Source: Zancudomyces culisetae HAW-14-8
Lineage: Eukaryota; Fungi; Kickxellomycota
NCBI GenBank assembly: GCA_052426225.1
Contig: JBNJNM010000011.1
Coordinates: forward strand, 4,216,001-4,280,000
Length of the DNA stretch: 64,000 nucleotides
Reading direction: 5' to 3'
The position numbers were made by a program, and so were the translations under genes. Under the pieces are notes generated by a model that did not search any database, was not told the origin of the DNA, and was given only the letters and a program-made list of their open reading frames with translations. This document shows, in pieces, positions 48,958 to 59,832 of this stretch; the stretch's first letter is position 1, and each line of letters starts with the position of its first letter.

Positions 48958-51879
48958 TTACCATTTACCATTTGAACCACCATTTGGATGTTGTTGTGGA
49001 TAATAATAGTTAGAAGAAGGGTAGTGAGAATGGGTATTATTAGTATTACCAATAGTGTTGGGATTGGGCATGGTAGTATTTGGATTGGGATATTGAAGCG
49101 GATGCTGTTGTGGAGGATAATAATAAGGATTGTGTACAGGTTGAGGTTGAGGCATCTGTTGCTGTTGTTGTTTTTGAGTAGGAGGAATGGGTTGAGGAAT
49201 GGGTTGAGGGATCGGAGGAGGAATGGACTGGGAAGGAAGTGGAGGAGCAGGAGGGTAAATGTGAGAAGATGGTTGTGTTGGGGGTGGTGGATAATAGGGA
49301 TAATAACTTTGAGTTGTAGTATTAGGAGGATAAAATGATGGCTTTTGACTTGTTGGCTGTTGTTGTTGTTGTTGTTGTTCTTGATAATAATAATTAGAAG
49401 ACTCGTAGTTTTGGTAGGATTGATGCTGTTGGTGTTGTTGTTGTTGTTGTTGTTGATGGTGAGGAGGGTGTTGTTGATGATTTGATGATCCGGAATAACG
49501 ATTATTATTGCTATTATAAGGCTTTTTACCTACGTAGGGTTTGTTACTATTATGTCTGTTAAAAGTTGAAGAACCAGTATTATGTTTATTATCAAGATGC
49601 ATATTAGAATAATATTGATGTTGATGAGAATTCTGATTCTGATTTTGATTTTGATTTTGATTTTGACTTTGGTTTTGATAATGACTATGATGATAATGAG
49701 GTCGTGTGTGATTAGGATTATGGTTGGGATTAGGATTGCTAACTATTACAGATGAACTACATCGATCATTTCCATAACTAAACTCACACTCTCTATACAT
49801 CTCTGGAAATACTGATGGTCTGTTTCCAGTCACCAATTCAATCGCACTGTTAATATCTGCAAAATGTAAATAGCCTACATTCTTGCTCATCACCAAATTC
49901 GCAAATTCTATTTCTCCAAACCCTTCAAAATCCCGCCGAATCTTCTCCACACTCTGCACCCCCGCTGGAAGGTTTCTTACAAACACCGTCCGTGTCGCAT
50001 TGTTGGTCTGCACTGCCTGCTGGATGTTCTCCGCCAGCTTACCACTATGGCTACCCCACCCTACCGTCACCGCCTCTCGTTGTACTCCATTATTAACCAT
50101 TAGCTTTGCATTCGTTGCCACAAACTCTGCTGCGTCACTGGCATATAAAAACGTTACAAAGCATATTCGCTTGTTTGGAATCAACTTCACTACCTGTATT
50201 GGCCCTCCCCGAATCGCATCGCATATTCTCTCAACTGTTGTCTTGGGCGGTAGTCCTCCCAGGTATATACACCGGTTTCCACTTTCGCTCACACTTTCTC
50301 GTTTACCTTTACCTCCAATCGCTCCCCCCATGCCTTGCTGCTGCTGTGGTTGTTGTTGTTGTTGCTGTGGTTGTTGTGGTTGTGGTTGTTGCTGTGTTTT
50401 ATTACACCGGTCACGACAATAATTGATTTTAGCTCCCTTTGGCCATCCTGCACTTGCCTCGGCGCTATTCACACTCTTGATTGCTGATGTCATATTTAAA
50501 TAATACACAAACACACTTCTCCTTGCTTGACTTACCCTAACATCTTCAATCTCCCCAAATTGTCCCATATGCTTTTTTATATCCTCCAATCTAACTGTTC
50601 CCTCTTTCTCCTCTAAATTTTCTTTTTCTTTTTCCTTTTCATCTCCATCTCCACTTCCCTCTTTCTCTTTCTCTTCTTGTTCATCTTCCTCATTCTTTAT
50701 TCTAATGTTTCCTACATATACTCCTCGTGTAGCTCCATATTTTCTGATACTCGTAGCCACTTCTTTGCTCATCTTTAACGGCTTGCCCCACCCATACTTT
50801 ACCTCCACTCTCCTTCTCCCCCTTTGGTACTCTTTCTCTTTTTCTTTTTCCTCCTCCTCCGCTTCTTCTTCTATCTCCCTTTCTTCCTCTACATCCTCTT
50901 CTCCCATCCCTTCATGTTCTTTTGGTTCTCCCTGTGTCATTCCTACTTCTATTTCTGTCCTCATTTCTAATTCTATTTCTGACTCTTTTGGTTTTTCTAC
51001 TCCCTCCTCATTTACTCCATCATGCTCTTCTACCTCTACCTCCCCTTCTCCTTTTTTCGCGTCCTCTTCTCCCCCTTCTTTCCTCTCCACCTCTTCTCCC
51101 TCGTGTTCTTCTTTTTCTTCTATCTCATTTTTCGTTCCTTCCTTCTCTCCCACTACCATCTCCTTTTCTTTTTCCTTTTCTTCTTTTTCCTTTTCTTCTT
51201 TTTCCTTTTCTTCTTTTTCCTTTTCTTCTTTTTCCTTTTCTTCTTCTTCCTTTTCTTCTTCTTTCTTTTCTCCTTCTTCCTTTTCTCCTTCTTTATCCTT
51301 CTCTTTCTCCTCCTTTTCTTCCTCTTCCTCATCAGTATACAACACAATCTTTTTACTTCCATTACTCAATCTTCCAAACAACTGCTGCGCACTCCGTGCC
51401 CAAACAAACGTAACAAACACACATCTTTTGGCTTCTACAACTTTTACCATTTCTATATCCCCCTCGCTAATATGATCTAACAGCCGTTTTACCGGAATTT
51501 CCTTTGGAAGATTCCCAAAATATATCGTTCGTGACATTCCCTTATTACTTTCTTCCCCAACGTGCAACTGCTCCTGAGTTTGATTCTGTTTTTGGTAGTA
51601 CTGATGTTGCGAGGGTTGCTTATATTGATGCTGCTGTGTTTGTTGTGAATGTGTTTGTTGATAATTGTTATAGTGGTGATGTTGTTGTTGATACTGGTTC
51701 TGGTTCTGGTTTTGGTTTTGGTTCTGATAACTCCTTGGTTGATAACCTTGTGATCCTTCTCTATACCTTCTACCACCCATCCCCCCACTACCGCCACCAC
51801 CGCTGCCACCACCTACTCCTCCTCCTCTCATTCTCTTGTTATAATTCCCTCCTTTATACCCCTCATATCCTCGTTTCAT
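48958..51879 (-). CDS. MRN1: Four-RRM RNA-binding protein, Mrn1 / S. pombe Nrd1 family, with Q/N-rich termini and acidic inserts
   Basis: SRTIYFGNLP, GATRGVYVGNI, NRCIYLGGLP...ICDAIRGG...ICFVTF, NATRTVFVRNL, the YGWGK/VGWGS motifs and the YCRDRC/YGNDRC motifs. Confidence 0.85.
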   Translation of the reverse strand: MKRGYEGYKGGNYNKRMRGGGVGGGSGGGGSGGMGGRRYREGSQGYQPRSYQNQNQNQNQNQYQQQHHHYNNYQQTHSQQTQQHQYKQPSQHQYYQKQNQTQEQLHVGEESNKGMSRTIYFGNLPKEIPVKRLLDHISEGDIEMVKVVEAKRCVFVTFVWARSAQQLFGRLSNGSKKIVLYTDEEEEEKEEKEKDKEGEKEEGEKKEEEKEEEEKEKEEKEKEEKEKEEKEKEEKEKEKEMVVGEKEGTKNEIEEKEEHEGEEVERKEGGEEDAKKGEGEVEVEEHDGVNEEGVEKPKESEIELEMRTEIEVGMTQGEPKEHEGMGEEDVEEEREIEEEAEEEEKEKEKEYQRGRRRVEVKYGWGKPLKMSKEVATSIRKYGATRGVYVGNIRIKNEEDEQEEKEKEGSGDGDEKEKEKENLEEKEGTVRLEDIKKHMGQFGEIEDVRVSQARRSVFVYYLNMTSAIKSVNSAEASAGWPKGAKINYCRDRCNKTQQQPQPQQPQQQQQQPQQQQGMGGAIGGKGKRESVSESGNRCIYLGGLPPKTTVERICDAIRGGPIQVVKLIPNKRICFVTFLYASDAAEFVATNAKLMVNNGVQREAVTVGWGSHSGKLAENIQQAVQTNNATRTVFVRNLPAGVQSVEKIRRDFEGFGEIEFANLVMSKNVGYLHFADINSAIELVTGNRPSVFPEMYRECEFSYGNDRCSSSVIVSNPNPNHNPNHTRPHYHHSHYQNQSQNQNQNQNQNQNSHQHQYYSNMHLDNKHNTGSSTFNRHNSNKPYVGKKPYNSNNNRYSGSSNHQQHPPHHQQQQQQQHQQHQSYQNYESSNYYYQEQQQQQQQPTSQKPSFYPPNTTTQSYYPYYPPPPTQPSSHIYPPAPPLPSQSIPPPIPQPIPQPIPPTQKQQQQQMPQPQPVHNPYYYPPQQHPLQYPNPNTTMPNPNTIGNTNNTHSHYPSSNYYYPQQHPNGGSNGKW
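51162..51330. repeat. Polypyrimidine/polypurine coding repeat (15-bp TTCTTTTTCCTTTTC units) encoding (EKEEK)n
   Basis: Tandem units are directly visible and translate to EKEEKEKEEKEKEEK on the minus strand. Confidence 0.85.
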
Positions 51880-54800
51880 CTTTTTTTCGTCTATTCCCTT
51901 TCCTTTTGTAGATAATTTATTGTACTTTTTTTATTCCAATTCATTAACCTCAATTATAGAATTCTAATTATTGTATTATCAAGCTCTTTTTTTCGCGTCC
52001 CTTTTTCTCAATTTTCTTGTTTCTTTATTACTCTTTACAGAGTCCTTTTTTCTTTTATTTTCAACTTGTGTTTTAATTCCCTCTTCTTCTGTTTCTCACT
52101 CTGTTTTACTTGTGTATACACTCTTCTCTCTTTCTCTTATTTTTCTTTAATTCGTTTACCTTTTTAATTAAAAAAATTTTTTTTGTTCTTGCACTTGTTC
52201 TTTCTTTAGCTTTTGTTTCTGTTATTATTTATTTTTATTTTTATTTTTGTTTTTAGTCTTGTAAATTGGGAGTAAATTCTAGCAAAATTTTCCCTAGTCT
52301 CATTCAACTTTATTTTATTTTCAGCACGCGCTTTTTTTTACTATTTCACATTATTTTTTTTTTGTATCTCGAGGTATTATTATTATTTTTCCCCATTTTC
52401 CCACTCTATTCGGAGTTTTATTTTTTCGTTCCTTTTAATACTTGTTCTATATCATTATTTTATTTTTCAATCTAGGTCTCCTCATGATACAAGCTTTCAA
52501 CAACAACAGCAAATAACCATAATAAAAATATAATGAATGACTAAACAGCCCATTGACCTTCCCCACCACCACCCGGTCATTTTGTCCATTTTTTAGGAAA
52601 TAAATAATAAAGTCCCGCGCATATTCTACAATCCAGCATACTACTTTTTTTGTTTACTTTGGCTTCGGCTAATCTTTTGATATGGATACCAAATACATCT
52701 ATCCATCAGTGTACCCGTATTTTCCTTTTCATGTCTTTTTGCTAACTGTTCAAATACTACATATATAATACAGAATACACCTGCACTGATATTTTCCCAC
52801 CCCCACTCCCTTCTCTCTCCGGTCAATTAAATATGATCCTATTGTTCTTACTTGGTGCAAGAAAGGAGAACTAATTAAACTCATCAATAAATCCTTACCC
52901 TATTAGTTACATCTACCACGATGCTATCGTCAATACCCATACCTCCTCCCCCACATACCTTGATCCGACTTTATTAAGTCATCTGCCATGCTTTTTTTTT
53001 TTCTAAAGCATCTGCCGCGTATTCCTCTTTTTTATTTTAAAAGTGATGTTAACAAACAAAATAAAACAAAATAATAGGAGGATTGAAAATCAACACGATT
53101 GTTGAGTAAACATCAGAAGTTTGTGCATCAGTTTACGATATACTTACAGCGGGCTCATTACTATTACACATGGACAGATTTCCTGGATTAAACATCCCTC
53201 ACTCTATATCATATTTTCCGTCTCTTCTCCGTCTTACACCTCTCCCCCCCCCCCCCCCCACCCTTTTAAAATAGAGGAATAGTTAGGAAAATGATATTCG
53301 AGGCAACCATATACTCTTTGAGCCATGCACATCCCAGTTTAAATGCAATATCATCACACCAAAACCGACTACACATCAGTACCATCAATGTTATCCTTAC
53401 GGATCTTCAACCTGGGTTCAAAGCAGCCACTCTACACCCGACCACCCGATCACCCAACCACTTTTTTTCGCATATGCAATCTCAAATGTATCTCTACACT
53501 CTTGGCTTATTCAAATTTCCGTGAAATTGCCCATTTGTAAATTTTGAGGTTGAAAAACATTCCAACCCATTGAATATACAACAAATAATTGTATATCATA
53601 TTTATGTAACTTGGTTTTTTATAACCCTCTCTTTCATTTTCACAGAACTACTCATAATAGAAGGAAGAAATGAAGGGAAAAAAAGATACAAGCCTAAAGT
53701 TAGTTTGCTAATAAACTATCGTTTTCTTTTCATCTTAAATAAAACACATAATATTAGAAATCAAGTGTGTTCTCTACGACTCTAAACTTTACCAGATCAA
53801 AGATAAATTATAAAAAAGACACGGTACAATTGCTGTCGATATTTCGTGTAAGTTTAGTTGACCTTTTAACAAGGAAAACCAAAAAAAAAATAGACATGAG
53901 ATTGAAATAGAGAGATACAAAATATCGATTCAGAATAAAAAGGGCAAAATTGACGGATAAAGAATATACCAATCGAAAAATGGCTCTATATAGGCAATGT
54001 CTATTCTTTTTTCTATCGCCCTATACCCACTTATATTACGGTTTATGATTTCTTTTACTTACTGATTAATCAAGTCCTTGTGGTTCTAGACATTGTTCAT
54101 ACATCATACTCACCTATTATTCTTTCTTTTATCATTCTGCCCCTAATAGCAAGCTTTTACTTCTAGGGAGTAATGGACGGGCAACTTCTTTCCAAAAACC
54201 GCCATTTTTCAGACAAATTTTACTTTTTATTTTGTATTGCCTTCCGTCTACTAGCACATGGCAGTAACTACAAATCTCGGTTTAGTACTGTTGATTAGAT
54301 CCACGTTCATTCGGAATTGATTTAATCCTCAGTTTTGTTTACGCTAAGGCAGAACCATTTTGGTGCATATCCCAATTACGCTATTTCCTTTTAGAAGAAC
54401 TAAAAAATATATAAATAAAATGGCAGGATAGAGTTGAGGGAAAAAACCCACAAAAGCTTGTAAATCTCATTTTGGTAATGTTTAGAACAGTCAGTTGATT
54501 AACCTCGTATTTGGTTTTTTATTATTATTGTTTACCCAACTTTTAAACTGGGAAAAAAATAGAATTAACTGCGTTTTTTACATAATATTCAAAGTTTAGT
54601 ATCTAAAGTTGCACAATTATAGCTAAAAATGAAAAATTAAAGTTCGTCTAAAAAATGAAACCCAATAATACAAATGTGGCTTTTTTTGCCCCTACAAACT
54701 GAAAGGATAAAAGATAGAAGAAACATTAGATTTATTGATTGTGATTATATCCTGCAACTCCAAACTGCGGAGTCATGGTTGTGCACTTCTCTGCTTGTTA

Positions 54801-56232
54801 TACCTGAAATGAGTTCAAAATATATTGCTACTTATTTGAGCTTCTTTTCTTTTCACTCCTCTCTTTCCTCCGCAAAATCAAAAATCCGCCTGGTCATGAG
54901 TGGTTTCTACCTATAGTTTCTTGGGAATTAACATGGAAAGCAAAAAGTGCACTCTTCATCCCCATTATTGATGGGATGGGTCAAAAACAGGCATTTTGTT
55001 TAGATATCGCGCAACAATACATTATCACCTCACTCCACCTGTTACAACGAATCGTTTCAATTTGCGCTCTGAAAACACCAAGGATAAAGTCGTGTGTCTT
55101 TTTCCCACTTAAATCTTGAAAGCAGGGTCTAACCTGGGTTATTGGCTAGTAAAAACATAACGGTTTACCAATACAAAGCCAACTATTCAAATATGCGAGA
55201 TATGAGATTCTTTGTTGCAATTTCTTGCCAAAAACAAGACGAGAGAAGATAAAAATGGGAGGGTTGGTGTAGGTTCTAAAATTGTTTCCACCAGTGGATA
55301 TTGTACTTTAGCTAAATATCTGTGTGCCAATAATCTAGCTGGTTCAGCCAATAACTTTTGCCTAATCATACTTTATGCAAGCTGCATTTAAACAATAACA
55401 ACAATGACAAAAAAATGAATTTTTTTTTACAGCAAGTTGCATTCTTGACTTGAAATTTCGTCTATCTTGATTATTGGCCCTGACTGAGCTCATAAATTCA
55501 TGCACAGTCACGCGTATTTACAAAAGATTTACCAATGTTTTTTTCTGGGTTCATTTTCTCGTCACTCTACCCTTTCCAGCTTTTTAATTTTTTTTTGCGG
55601 ATTTAGTGTATCACCTTGAATTCTACTTGCTAAGTATTACCTAATATTATTCTGTCTTTAATTTTCACCACTGGTTTGTTTACTCATTTTCAGTAAATTT
55701 TTGTATAAAAAAATTTTTTCTGCTACTAAAACCTTCCACACCCCAAAACAACCCTCACACTACCCCTACTATATTTCTATCTTCTCAATGCCCCCTCCCC
55801 TTCCCTTCCATTTCGATTTTGCTTTCTTTTCTCTTTCTCTTTCCTCTCTCTTCCCTTACCTCCTCCCCTCCCCTTCCTCCTTACCACTTTTTTCCCTTCC
55901 TATCCTGTTCCTTATACTATTGCTTTGTTAGTTTTAGCAAATAGAAACGCAAAACAAATGTTTTGTTTTCGTGCTTTAATTGGAAAGTGCCTTTTATTAT
56001 TTTGTTTTTGCTTTGTTTATAGGGACTTTTTAATGGGTTCATTTTCGTTTTTCAGAGGAAAATTTTTTTGGTATAAATTGTGCTATTCATGTCTTATTAG
56101 AAAATATATATATTCCTTTTCTGCTTTTTAGAAAACAGTTTACAAAATCTTATTGTATATTAGTGTAGTTTTTTTTTAAAAAAGAACAGGCTTTTGCTAG
56201 CTATATAATACCCATTCTCTTATCGTTATTAC

Positions 56233-56874
56233 ATGTCAGATTTCCAGAACCTCAAGAAATACGATCCGTTTGCCGATACAGGTGAGACAGATAATATCGA
56301 GCCCCAAGGTTATATACGTAAGTCATCAACATGTTTTGTTTTTTTGCTACTCTCTGTTAGACACTTTACTTTACTTGTTATTGTGATGATACTATAATCA
56401 ACAATTTAGCAGTTTGTTTTTATTATTTCTTGCTTTTTCGTTACTGAAAACAGCTGGGAATTCTAAAATATTTTGCCCTTCTTTCTGAGGGGCAAGCTGC
56501 GATGCCCATTTTGAAACCTTTAGTCATAGTTACTCTGATCATGTCTCTATTTCAAACATTTTCTACTTGTTACTTTTACATATAACCAGAAAACTAATTC
56601 AACTCGCCTTGTATCACTGAAATTAGACATTCGCATACAACAACGCAATGGACGCAAAACTCTGACAACCTTGCAGGGGTTACCTGAGGAGCTTGACTTG
56701 AAGAGATTGCTTAAGGCTTTCAAAAAGGTGTTTGCATGCAATGGAACACTAGTCGAGGATGAGGAACTCGGTGAAGTTATCCAGCTTCAGGGCGATCAGC
56801 GTCTCAACATTAGAAACTTCTTGGTTGAGGAAGAAATTGCCAAAAAGGACATGATAAAGGTGCACGGGTTCTAG
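56233..56874 (+). CDS. SUI1: Translation initiation factor eIF1, 2 exons (56233-56317, 56627-56874)
   Basis: MSDFQNLKKYDPFADTG...YI|HIRIQQRNGRKTLTTLQG...FACNG...IQLQGDQR...IKVHGF. Intron 56318-56626 (GTAAGT...TTAG). Confidence 0.97.
56378..56543 (+). ncRNA. Intronic box C/D snoRNA, snR63/SNORD46-like, predicted to guide 2'-O-methylation of LSU rRNA helix 69 (yeast Am2256 equivalent)
   Basis: Box C GTGATGA at 56383-56389 and box D CTGA at 56535-56538. The 13 nt before box D (AGTCATAGTTACT) are the exact complement of conserved LSU AGUAACUAUGACU. The D+5 rule targets the second A of GUAAC. Confidence 0.85.
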
Positions 56875-57657
56875 TTTATCTTCCCCTCCTGTATTATCAT
56901 TTAATATAGTCCTTTTCGTGCTGCTTTAGCCTTTTTATATCTGAAGCGCTTTTTTTTCAGTACTACTTGTGGTCTTTTTTATAGGCCATTTTTGTTTTGT
57001 TGTTTTACTTTATCTCATCCTGGAGAGATTTGATTGTATTCTTATTAACACTGTAATAAGCACTTGTTTACCTTCTTTCTCACACCTCTCCTTGAGTAAA
57101 TAAAAAGATTGTATTACAAAATATTGGTGGCGACTTCAATTGCGTTTGCGATTCAATTTTTTTGAATACGCGTCTATGGTGTATCTGGGAAAACCGGTCC
57201 GGCACCTATGATAGTTTCTTTACCATTAAAATGCAACCTGCGGGGAGAGTGTGTGATTTGTTTTTGACTGCTTCAGGCATATGAGAACGAACTGTGTATG
57301 TATTTGCAAGAAATGCGTTTCTAAAATGAACAGGTAATACCAGGCAGGGCAACTCATTTCATTCAGACAGAAAGAAAGTGGTTGGTACTTCACTGCACGA
57401 GTTGGCACTTCCCCAATGTTATAATACTCTAGAATTTATTAGCATTAAGAAGTACTGATATATAATAATGGTGGATTAGCGAATAAATATATTAAATAAA
57501 CTAGTGAAGCTCTTGTAGCTATATAGACAACAATATAACACTTAGTAAGGTTCAACAGAAATGCTTTTAAAATGGATAACTAATTAAGACTAATGCTTTT
57601 TTTTTTAAAGAAAAAAGATAAAGGTAAATGTGACTTGGCTGGTGAAGGGAAAACAAT

Positions 57658-59832
57658 CTACATAAGCATTGAGGCAACACATTCCAGCATTTCAATACCG
57701 GTGAATAGTATGAGAGACTGGAGTTTATCCTTTTCGTATCCTCGAAACACCTTAAATGCACTTTCCCTAATCTCAATTTCTGGACTAGTAAAGTTGATAA
57801 AGTCAATAAATGCGCTGGCCACAATTTTTCTGTCACAAATACACTCGATTGTGTAGATAGATGAGTACAGCCGTATCTTTTTGAGTTTCAAGCCTTTAAA
57901 GTTTTTTACTATCCATTTTATTTGTTTGTCTTCGTATCTAAACCTGTAGCAAAACCCTTTTCTATCGGGAATTAGTACAAGGCTAGAGTTTATTTTAAGG
58001 GATTTTTGAACGTCGCGTACGTACATCGCTGACAAACCATCATTTGACCGCGTGACATCCCATATTGGATATTTTAATAAGTCTACAGGATATTTTATTT
58101 TGGATCGGTACGCTGGAAGTGTAGAACTGCTTGAAGCACTTGAGTTTGAATATATTGATGAAGTAGAATTCAGTTGTACCTGGCTATCTTTTTCGCTTAA
58201 GGGAATGGTACTGTTGCTAACAAATGGCGATGCCATAGAATTCATGCTGCCTACACTCGTATCCGAGTTATTTATAGTGTTATTCGATCTGATACTTTTT
58301 ACAGATTCTCTTGAGTATAATGTTGAGCTTGAGTAATCATCTATGCAAACCACATTATCCTTCACTCTGTTAAACGTGCAGTTGTAATGTGTACTTGATT
58401 GTGGAATCTTTCGATAACGCAGTTGGTTGGTGGCACCATTGATCACATCCATAACGCCGGAAAAACTTGGGTTTTGAATTATCAAAAAGTTTCCGCCATA
58501 AAGCTCATCCTCCGACTCGCTAACATTTTCCACTTTTTCATCTGTTTCTTCAACAAAGGTGTACTTGTCGCCAGTGATTTCACACTTGTATTTATACTCA
58601 CCGTTTCGTAAATTTAGTGTCCTTCTCTCTATGACTTTGGGTTTCTTTTCGCCATCTTTGCTCTTTTTCCCACCTTTTCGAGTCTTCTTTTTTTTGGTGC
58701 CTCTAAGTCTTAGTATGGATCTATTGAGCTTGATAGATTTACCCTTTGTTGAGCTTTTACTTGCGAATGGACCATCTTTATCTTTATCTTTGTCACCCCC
58801 ATTGTTGTTCTCTTCTGGAAGATTTCCAAACGGGTCTGGCTGGTTTTTTGTCGCAGTATTTTCGTACTTTACCTTGTACATTTTTATCATACTCTGTCTT
58901 CTATACTCGTTAATTTTTTTATAGTTTATGCTCTTTGCATCAGACACAATTGATTTATTTCTTTTAACAATCATTTCAGCCCCAGTGCGATCTATTTCAT
59001 CGTCTACTTCCTTTTCTTCTTTATTCACAGACTTTCTTTCTGTTTTTTTTCTGGATTCTTTGTCATTTAAGACAGAGTTGTTTTCATTAGTTTTATGGGT
59101 CCGTGTTCTCCTTTTTACCTCATTTTTTACGTAGGTTTGCTCTCGACGTATGTACTTGTTTTCATCATTTTCATGGTCTTTAGCTGCTTTTTTGGTATCG
59201 TTTTTAAGACTAGTATATGACTTATTCAACTCATTTATATATCCTGGTTCAAATATATCTTTATACTTTTCCATATACTTTTCCATATCATTCTTCATCA
59301 TTGTTTCATTAAATGACAAACCAGCCTCCTTAGTTTCTTTCTTTTTTATCTCGTTACTAGTAGATGTCAACTTGTTTATATTATACAAAGATTTGTTTAG
59401 GCTGTTCAAGTCTGGTATTTCAGGCAATGGCTTTTTTAATTCCCTACAAAGTGACTTGCTTTGTTGCTTCAGACCCCTAGTAGAATTTGCATTGACCTTG
59501 TATACTCTGTTATCACAGAGATCCTCATCGAAGGGTTGTGGTGTGGATCCAATATTTTTACGCTCGAATTGGATATTCGCATCACCATGTAGCGACTCAA
59601 AATCCGAGTTGTAAATATTATTATGGCTATTGCTACTATCATTATTATTACCGCCACTATTATATGCATCATTATTGTCACTGTATATCCTGTTTCGCGA
59701 CCCATTAACTTTTAATGTAAGACTTCTGTACGTTCCATTTTTTATTTCTTCTACTGGAGCACCAGCTGTGTCTGATGTCAAGTCTTCATAGAACCTACCT
59801 GTGCCTTTCCTCGCAACGGCCCCAGATGCCAT
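57658..59832 (-). CDS. Hypothetical protein: charged disordered N-terminus and a folded C-terminal domain (possibly tubby/LURP-like barrel)
   Basis: 724-aa ATG-initiated ORF. The C-terminus has beta-strand patterns (FCYRFRYEDKQIKW, IECICDRKIVA) ending in a hydrophobic helix (LQSLILFTGIEML). The domain identity is a guess. Confidence 0.65.
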   Translation of the reverse strand: MASGAVARKGTGRFYEDLTSDTAGAPVEEIKNGTYRSLTLKVNGSRNRIYSDNNDAYNSGGNNNDSSNSHNNIYNSDFESLHGDANIQFERKNIGSTPQPFDEDLCDNRVYKVNANSTRGLKQQSKSLCRELKKPLPEIPDLNSLNKSLYNINKLTSTSNEIKKKETKEAGLSFNETMMKNDMEKYMEKYKDIFEPGYINELNKSYTSLKNDTKKAAKDHENDENKYIRREQTYVKNEVKRRTRTHKTNENNSVLNDKESRKKTERKSVNKEEKEVDDEIDRTGAEMIVKRNKSIVSDAKSINYKKINEYRRQSMIKMYKVKYENTATKNQPDPFGNLPEENNNGGDKDKDKDGPFASKSSTKGKSIKLNRSILRLRGTKKKKTRKGGKKSKDGEKKPKVIERRTLNLRNGEYKYKCEITGDKYTFVEETDEKVENVSESEDELYGGNFLIIQNPSFSGVMDVINGATNQLRYRKIPQSSTHYNCTFNRVKDNVVCIDDYSSSTLYSRESVKSIRSNNTINNSDTSVGSMNSMASPFVSNSTIPLSEKDSQVQLNSTSSIYSNSSASSSSTLPAYRSKIKYPVDLLKYPIWDVTRSNDGLSAMYVRDVQKSLKINSSLVLIPDRKGFCYRFRYEDKQIKWIVKNFKGLKLKKIRLYSSIYTIECICDRKIVASAFIDFINFTSPEIEIRESAFKVFRGYEKDKLQSLILFTGIEMLECVASMLM

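Noticed and set aside
50705-51480. Several overlapping long ORFs (poly-F, poly-S, poly-K/R)
   Set aside because: They are shadow frames of the purine-rich E/K tract of MRN1.
57235-57355. TPP-riboswitch-like words (TGAGA, GGTAATACCAG) and a SECIS-like stem on the opposite strand
   Set aside because: The P2/P4 elements (CCC, ACCTGAT) are missing and neighbouring genes are not thiamine-related. The SECIS geometry is poor and the upstream CDS has no in-frame TGA.
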